Notes under the pieces: generated by a model | Databases searched by the model: none | Told to the model about the DNA's origin: nothing | The model's input: the letters and a program-made list of their open reading frames with translations, nothing else | Shown: positions 59,106 to 64,000 of the stretch, piece after piece | How the letters are laid out: each line of letters starts with the position of its first letter | Numbering within the stretch: the stretch's first letter is position 1 | NCBI GenBank assembly: GCA_046483305.1 | Contig: JAWODM010000046.1 | Location: 64,001 to 128,000, forward strand | Length of the DNA stretch: 64,000 bases | Direction of reading: 5' to 3' | Origin: Candidatus Krumholzibacteriales bacterium | Lineage (GTDB): Bacteria; Krumholzibacteriota; Krumholzibacteriia; Krumholzibacteriales; WJIX01 | Translations under genes and position numbers: made by a program

Positions 59106-60082
59106 TATTCCGTATCATTCCTCAGATATCTTCTGGTCCTCTTCTTACTCTTGACCCAGTCACTTATCTTGTCATCGAGGCTCTTGGCCGCGTTTATTCC
59201 GTAAATCTTGAGCATATGGTCCAGAGCGATGGTTTCGGCGATAACCGTGATATTCTTGCCGGGGAATATCGGTATTATAAGATTGCGGATCTTGCTTCCC
59301 AGTATTTCTGTATGCTTCTCGTCCAGGCCGTGCCTGTCCCAGTCTCTTCCCGGGTCCCAATCCTTGAGCTCCACCACCACCTCTATCCTCTTCTGGATTC
59401 TTATGGCCCTGATCCCGTAGGTATCCATTACATTAATTATCCCTATACCCCTCAGTTCCATGAAATGCTTCAGAAACTCCTGGCCTCTGCCTATCACCAC
59501 ATCTCCCCTTCTGAGGATTTCCACCACATCATCCGCCACCAGCCGGTGGCCCCGCTCAACCAGGTCCAGGACTATCTCACTCTTGCCTATACCGCTTCTT
59601 CCGGTGAACATCAGGCCTACCCCGTAAACGTCCACCAGAGAGCCGTGAATTTTTGTCCGGGGAGCAAAGTAATAATCGAGTATCTCTGTCAGCTCATGAA
59701 TAAAGGGGGTGGTTTCCTGAGTTGTCCTGAGAACAGGTATCGAATTCCTCTCCGCTTCGTCAATGAATGCTTCCGGCATATCCAGGCCCTTGGTTATAAT
59801 AATACAGCAGAGCGGCTGGGAGAAGATCCTCCGGGCCGCGTCCCTTATCTGTCCGGAATCGAGCGAACTGAGAAATAGTGTCTCTGTCTCGGCTATAATC
59901 TGTATTCTGGTGTTCAGGTAATTTTCCATGAATCCGGAGAGGGCGAAAGCGGGCCTGTGCACGTCGGAACTGGTAATATTCAGAGGGCCCTTGAGGCTGG
60001 AGGTCAGAAGTTCAAGCTCCAGTTCCTCCCTGTTGTCCTTGAAAAAATCCTCTACCGTATATTCTCTTTCTTTCTCTACCAT
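59105..60082 (-). CDS. hprK: HPr(Ser) kinase/phosphorylase
   Basis: HGSLVDVYGVG, GRSGIGKSE, RGHRLVADD, MELRGIGII, PGKN. Confidence 0.96.
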   Translation of the reverse strand: MVEKEREYTVEDFFKDNREELELELLTSSLKGPLNITSSDVHRPAFALSGFMENYLNTRIQIIAETETLFLSSLDSGQIRDAARRIFSQPLCCIIITKGLDMPEAFIDEAERNSIPVLRTTQETTPFIHELTEILDYYFAPRTKIHGSLVDVYGVGLMFTGRSGIGKSEIVLDLVERGHRLVADDVVEILRRGDVVIGRGQEFLKHFMELRGIGIINVMDTYGIRAIRIQKRIEVVVELKDWDPGRDWDRHGLDEKHTEILGSKIRNLIIPIFPGKNITVIAETIALDHMLKIYGINAAKSLDDKISDWVKSKKRTRRYLRNDTE

Positions 60083-60112
60083 ATTCCTTCCTGCCGTCTG
60101 AGCGACCCTATC

Positions 60113-60658
60113 CTATAACCTTATAACTCCGTAGTTCCCATCCACCCGCCTGTAAACAAAACTCAATTCGTCAGTATCAATATTATTGAAAAGCAGATAT
60201 TCCTTCTGTTGCGTCTCCATAGCCTTAATCGCCTCCCTCACCGTCATATCTGAAAGATTATAAGCGGCCGCTTCACCCATCTCAATCCCATTTTCACTCT
60301 CCACGCTTTCCGCTTTTATTACGAATTCCCTGGGATACATTTCCTTCTTGACGTTTTTCCTGTGGTTCTGATGATTGGCATGAAGCTTTCCCTTGTATTT
60401 CTTTATCTGCCTCTCCAGGTCTTTTGCGCACATATCTATACTCAAATACATATCTTCCGATTCTTCAGTGGAAGAAAAAATGTGGCCCTGTACCTGAAGA
60501 TTAACCTCAGCGATATTGCGTATTTTCTCGATAGACATTATAACATCTATATTCAGAATGTTGTCGAAGTATCTCTTCAGCTTCGCCATCTTTCTGCGGA
60601 TGTGAGTAATAAGTTCAGGACTTGCCTTAAAATGTCTCGCTGTGGTGGTTATATTCAT
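60113..60658 (-). CDS. hpf: Ribosome hibernation promoting factor (long, two-domain HPF)
   Basis: ITARH-like start, DMYLSID..LERQIKKYK, C-terminal MTVREAI..VYRRVDGNYG. Confidence 0.92.
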   Translation of the reverse strand: MNITTTARHFKASPELITHIRRKMAKLKRYFDNILNIDVIMSIEKIRNIAEVNLQVQGHIFSSTEESEDMYLSIDMCAKDLERQIKKYKGKLHANHQNHRKNVKKEMYPREFVIKAESVESENGIEMGEAAAYNLSDMTVREAIKAMETQQKEYLLFNNIDTDELSFVYRRVDGNYGVIRL

Positions 60659-60675
60659 GCTGGATCCTCCTCAAA

Positions 60676-61584
60676 TCAATTACCCGGCTCTGGCGGGTAT
60701 TTATCGCGAAACAGGTCAACATTTATTTCCTGATAGGAACTTCTGACCAGCGGCCCTGCCGTCACCCCCCTGAATCCCATCTGATACCCCTTACGCTCAT
60801 AGCGCCTGAAGGTTTCGGGGGTAATATATTCGCTGACAGGAATCTGCTTCAATCCCGGCCTTAGATACTGGCCAATGGCGAGAAAATCGCATCCGGCCTG
60901 TCTGAGGTCCTTCATGGTAGAAAAGATTTCATCTTCACTTTCACCCAGGCCCAGCATCATAGCCGATTTTGTAATCAACCGTTCCCCTCCTTCCTTCCCG
61001 GCTAAGGAGAGAACATTGAGCGATCTTTCATAATCAGCCCCCTTTCTCACTGTTCCGTAAAGAGTTCTTACCACCTCTATATTGTGGGAAAAGATATCCG
61101 GGCCGGAATCGACAACTCTCATTATATCATCCCTGCTGCCCTGGAAATCAGGTACCAGCACTTCTATCGCCGGCGGTTCGGGCGTCTCCCTGAGCCGCCG
61201 GACCACCCCCGCAAAGATACCGCTGCCGCCGTCCTCCAGGTCATCACGGGTAACCGAGGTTACTACCACATGATCCAATCCCAGCTCGGAAACCGCTTCG
61301 GCTATCTTCCCCGGCTCACCGCTGTCGGGAGGGCCGGGGAGCCCGCTTCTTACGCTGCAGAAAGCGCAGTCGCGGGTACAGACACTTCCCAGAATCATAA
61401 AGGTCACCTTATCTCTGGAATAGCATTCCGCCCGGTTGGGACAGAGGCCTTCTCTGCAGATGGTATGCAGTCCACGCCTTCTGATTACTCTCTCAATCCG
61501 GGAACATTCACCGAGGTTTGGAATTTTCCTTTTCAGCCAGGGAGGCAAACTTCTGGAACGGTTAGATTTCCTGATAACTTCCAT
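60676..61584 (-). CDS. lipA: Lipoyl synthase
   Basis: CREGLCPNRAEC, radical-SAM CTRDCAFC, TSVTRDDL, HNIE, GQYLRP, VRSSY. Confidence 0.96.
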   Translation of the reverse strand: MEVIRKSNRSRSLPPWLKRKIPNLGECSRIERVIRRRGLHTICREGLCPNRAECYSRDKVTFMILGSVCTRDCAFCSVRSGLPGPPDSGEPGKIAEAVSELGLDHVVVTSVTRDDLEDGGSGIFAGVVRRLRETPEPPAIEVLVPDFQGSRDDIMRVVDSGPDIFSHNIEVVRTLYGTVRKGADYERSLNVLSLAGKEGGERLITKSAMMLGLGESEDEIFSTMKDLRQAGCDFLAIGQYLRPGLKQIPVSEYITPETFRRYERKGYQMGFRGVTAGPLVRSSYQEINVDLFRDKYPPEPGN

Positions 61585-61613
61585 CCGGTTATTTCAGTTC
61601 AGGTCTTATTCAG

Positions 61614-63008
61614 TTAAAATACTTTCCTGTGTCTCGCCGGGAGTATTCCCAGCTGCTCTCTGTATTTGGCAACCGTTCTTCTTGCGATCACCAATCCTTC
61701 TTCCTTAAGAATATTAGCAATTTTCTGATCACTCAACGGTTTCTTTGAATTTTCTTTTTCAATTATCTCCTCGATCCTGACTTTGGCGCTTCTGGATGAG
61801 ACTTCGCTTCCCGATCTGGTGTTGAGTTTGGCGCTGAAGAAGAATTTCAGTTCGTAAACTCCCCGGGGAGTCTGAACGTACTTATTGGTGGTCACCCTGC
61901 TGACCGTTGACTCGTGCATATCTATTTCGGAAGCGACCTGCTGCAGGGTCAGAGGCTTGAGCGCGATAACACCTTTCTCGAAGAATTCGCTCTGTTTCTC
62001 CACGATAGATTCCATAACCTTGATCATGGTCCTTCGCCGCTGCTCTATGGTCTGTATCAGCCATTTGGCATTCTTCAGTTTATCCTTTATGAAATCTTTT
62101 GTCTTCTCGGTTATATTGGGGTTGTTTTTCAGTTCATCCCGGTAAGCCTTACTTATTCTCAGCCTGGGCACATTCTTCTCATTGAGGGAAATTACGTACT
62201 TGTCCCCGACTCTGTCCACAATCAGGTCCGGTATCACATATTTGGGATTATCAGCGGTGACGTTGAGGCCGGGTTTAGGATCGAGCCTTCCAATTATCTC
62301 CGACTGAGCCTGAACCTCGTGCAGGGATATCTTCATTTTCTTGCTGATATTGTTGTACCGCTTCTGTTTGAATTCGTCAAAATAATCGCGCAGGATTTCC
62401 GCCGCCCTGGTATCGGCCAGCTCTTTCCTCTCCAACTGAAGCAGCAGGCATTCCTGAAGATTTCTGGCCCCCACTCCCGCCGGGTCAAAGGTCTGAATCA
62501 GATCGAGAACATTTTTAACCTTCTCTTCTTCAACCTCGAAAGTTCTCGCCACATCACTCAACTCTATCGGAAGATAACCTGATTCGTCCAGATTCCCTAT
62601 CAGGTACTCCCCTGCTTCCAGAGTGAAATCATCATCAGTGGACAGGCGCAGCTGGCTGAGGAGATGGTCCGAAAAGCTCTGACGCGCCACCGGTACGCGC
62701 TCCAGCATTTCTTCCCTCTCTTCCCTCTCTTCATTTCCCGTCCCCCCCATACCAAAGGCGGTTTCGAAGACGTCTTCCCAGTCGGCATCTTCTTCCTCCT
62801 CTTTCTCGTTCTCCTCGTCCTTTTCCTTTTCCTCCATCTCTTTCAGCTCCTCTTCCTCTTCCAGGAGCGGGTTCTGGAGAATTTCCTGCTTGAGAACCTG
62901 CTGCAGCTCCAGGGTGGGCATCTGAAGAAGTTTAAGAGCCTGCTGCAGACGTGGAGTCATAACCAGCCGCTGCTGCATTTTAGTATGCATACCCATCTTC
63001 ATTTCCAT
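61614..63008 (-). CDS. rpoN: RNA polymerase sigma-54 factor
   Basis: LVMTPRLQQALKLLQ, NPLLE, HESTVSR, RpoN box ARRTVAKYRE. Confidence 0.98.
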   Translation of the reverse strand: MEMKMGMHTKMQQRLVMTPRLQQALKLLQMPTLELQQVLKQEILQNPLLEEEEELKEMEEKEKDEENEKEEEEDADWEDVFETAFGMGGTGNEEREEREEMLERVPVARQSFSDHLLSQLRLSTDDDFTLEAGEYLIGNLDESGYLPIELSDVARTFEVEEEKVKNVLDLIQTFDPAGVGARNLQECLLLQLERKELADTRAAEILRDYFDEFKQKRYNNISKKMKISLHEVQAQSEIIGRLDPKPGLNVTADNPKYVIPDLIVDRVGDKYVISLNEKNVPRLRISKAYRDELKNNPNITEKTKDFIKDKLKNAKWLIQTIEQRRRTMIKVMESIVEKQSEFFEKGVIALKPLTLQQVASEIDMHESTVSRVTTNKYVQTPRGVYELKFFFSAKLNTRSGSEVSSRSAKVRIEEIIEKENSKKPLSDQKIANILKEEGLVIARRTVAKYREQLGILPARHRKVF

Positions 63009-63025
63009 AGTTCAGTTATCCTCCG

Positions 63026-63739
63026 TTATAGCTGAAACGATTCACCCAAATAAATTTCCCGGACAGTCGGATCCGAGGCCAGTTCATCGGAATTGCCCGA
63101 TTTCTTTATCCGTCCCTCGTACATTATATAGGACCGGTCAGTAATGGAGAGGGTCTCCCTGACATTATGGTCCGTGATCAGTACCCCGATCCCTCTTTCC
63201 TTCAGCTTGATCACAATCTCCTGCAGATCTGCCACCGCTATCGGATCTATACCGGCGAATGGCTCGTCCAGAAGCATGAAAGAAGGGTCGGTTACCAGAG
63301 ACCGGGTTACTTCCACGCGCCTTCGCTCCCCGCCCGAGAGTTGGTATCCGTAACTCTTTCTTACATGCTTGATATTAAGCTCATCAAGAAGGTCCTCAAT
63401 CATTTCGTCCTGCCGCTTGGTCGGAATCGAGAGAGTTTCCATGATGGCTCTTATATTATCCTCAACTGTCAGTTTCCTGAAGATGGAGGGTTCCTGAGGC
63501 AGATACCCTATTCCCAGGCGGGCTCTCCGGTACATCGGCAGCCCGGTAATATCCCTCTTGTCGAAGTAAACTTTACCGCTATCGGGCTTGATCATACCCA
63601 CAATAATATAAAAGGTGGTTGTCTTGCCCGCCCCGTTGGGCCCCAGCAGCCCCACTATCTCTCCTTCGGAAACGGAGATGGAAACTTCATCCACTACCCG
63701 GGCCTTGCGGTATGCTTTCACTATTTCGCGGGTCCTCAA
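63026..63739 (-). CDS. lptB: LPS export ABC transporter ATP-binding protein LptB (true start may be upstream)
   Basis: [62 protein letters not shown]. Confidence 0.97.
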   Translation of the reverse strand: MRTREIVKAYRKARVVDEVSISVSEGEIVGLLGPNGAGKTTTFYIIVGMIKPDSGKVYFDKRDITGLPMYRRARLGIGYLPQEPSIFRKLTVEDNIRAIMETLSIPTKRQDEMIEDLLDELNIKHVRKSYGYQLSGGERRRVEVTRSLVTDPSFMLLDEPFAGIDPIAVADLQEIVIKLKERGIGVLITDHNVRETLSITDRSYIMYEGRIKKSGNSDELASDPTVREIYLGESFQL

Positions 63740-63776
63740 GCTTTTCAGGTTCTCTCCGGAATTATTGTCTTGCTGG

Positions 63777-64000
63777 TTACTCAGTTTTACTTCCCTCCGC
63801 CTCTGTCTTCAACTCTTTATCTACCCTGCCGTCCTTATCATACATGTCTCCATCCACATTTCTCACGATATCGAATTCCTTGAGGCCGGGGTATCCCCGG
63901 AAACCGTAACCCTCCACCACATCGCCATCCCTGGTGAATTTCACGTAATCCTCCGTCTGAATTCTCCCCTTCTCCTGGATCCATACCAGACTCTCTGTTT
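63777..64000 (-). CDS. lptC: LPS export protein LptC-like, C-terminal part (runs off the window end)
   Basis: Manual translation [42 protein letters not shown]...* fits the LptC TExLxW...I.T...V.....G.G pattern; lies directly upstream of lptB. Confidence 0.75.
   Translation of the reverse strand, partial: TESLVWIQEKGRIQTEDYVKFTRDGDVVEGYGFRGYPGLKEFDIVRNVDGDMYDKDGRVDKELKTEAEGSKTE

Noticed and set aside
1..64000. CRISPR arrays, IS elements, integrases, prophage or defence genes, tRNA and rRNA
   Set aside because: None seen; almost all sequence is assigned to intact genes and the gaps are short

Overview
Gene-dense, mostly minus-strand housekeeping region of a diderm bacterium. A SprA homolog, a GWxTD-type protein and an HprK plus mannose-family PTS in the rpoN cluster suggest an FCB-superphylum lineage outside Bacteroidota, such as Latescibacterota or Krumholzibacteriota (inference only). 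From left to right it contains: the start of a Na+-type V/A-ATPase operon; oppBCDF; a lipoate ligase/octanoyltransferase with gcvT-H-PA-PB; uvrA; a ~1200-aa secreted TPR protein; asnS; a divergent two-gene unit (membrane TPR/Zn-finger protein plus DUF4388 protein) behind a sigma54-like promoter; the rimP-nusA-infB-rbfA-truB-ribF-rpsO-pnp-dut block; an M28 glutaminyl-cyclase-like lipoprotein overlapping a 2103-aa SprA; divergent lptF-lptG-GWxTD; and the run lptC-lptB-rpoN-lipA-hpf-hprK-IIA-IIB-GH57-IIC-IID-HPr-EI-pgi/pmi-NTase-metK-ahcY. I saw no mobile elements, CRISPR arrays, tRNAs or rRNAs. The best leads are the sigma54 TPR/DUF4388 module, the SprA-M28 coupling, a strongly diverged mannose-type PTS with an inserted GH57, and an unassigned structured RNA between sprA and lptF. 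All calls come from motif recognition by eye; no searches were run.
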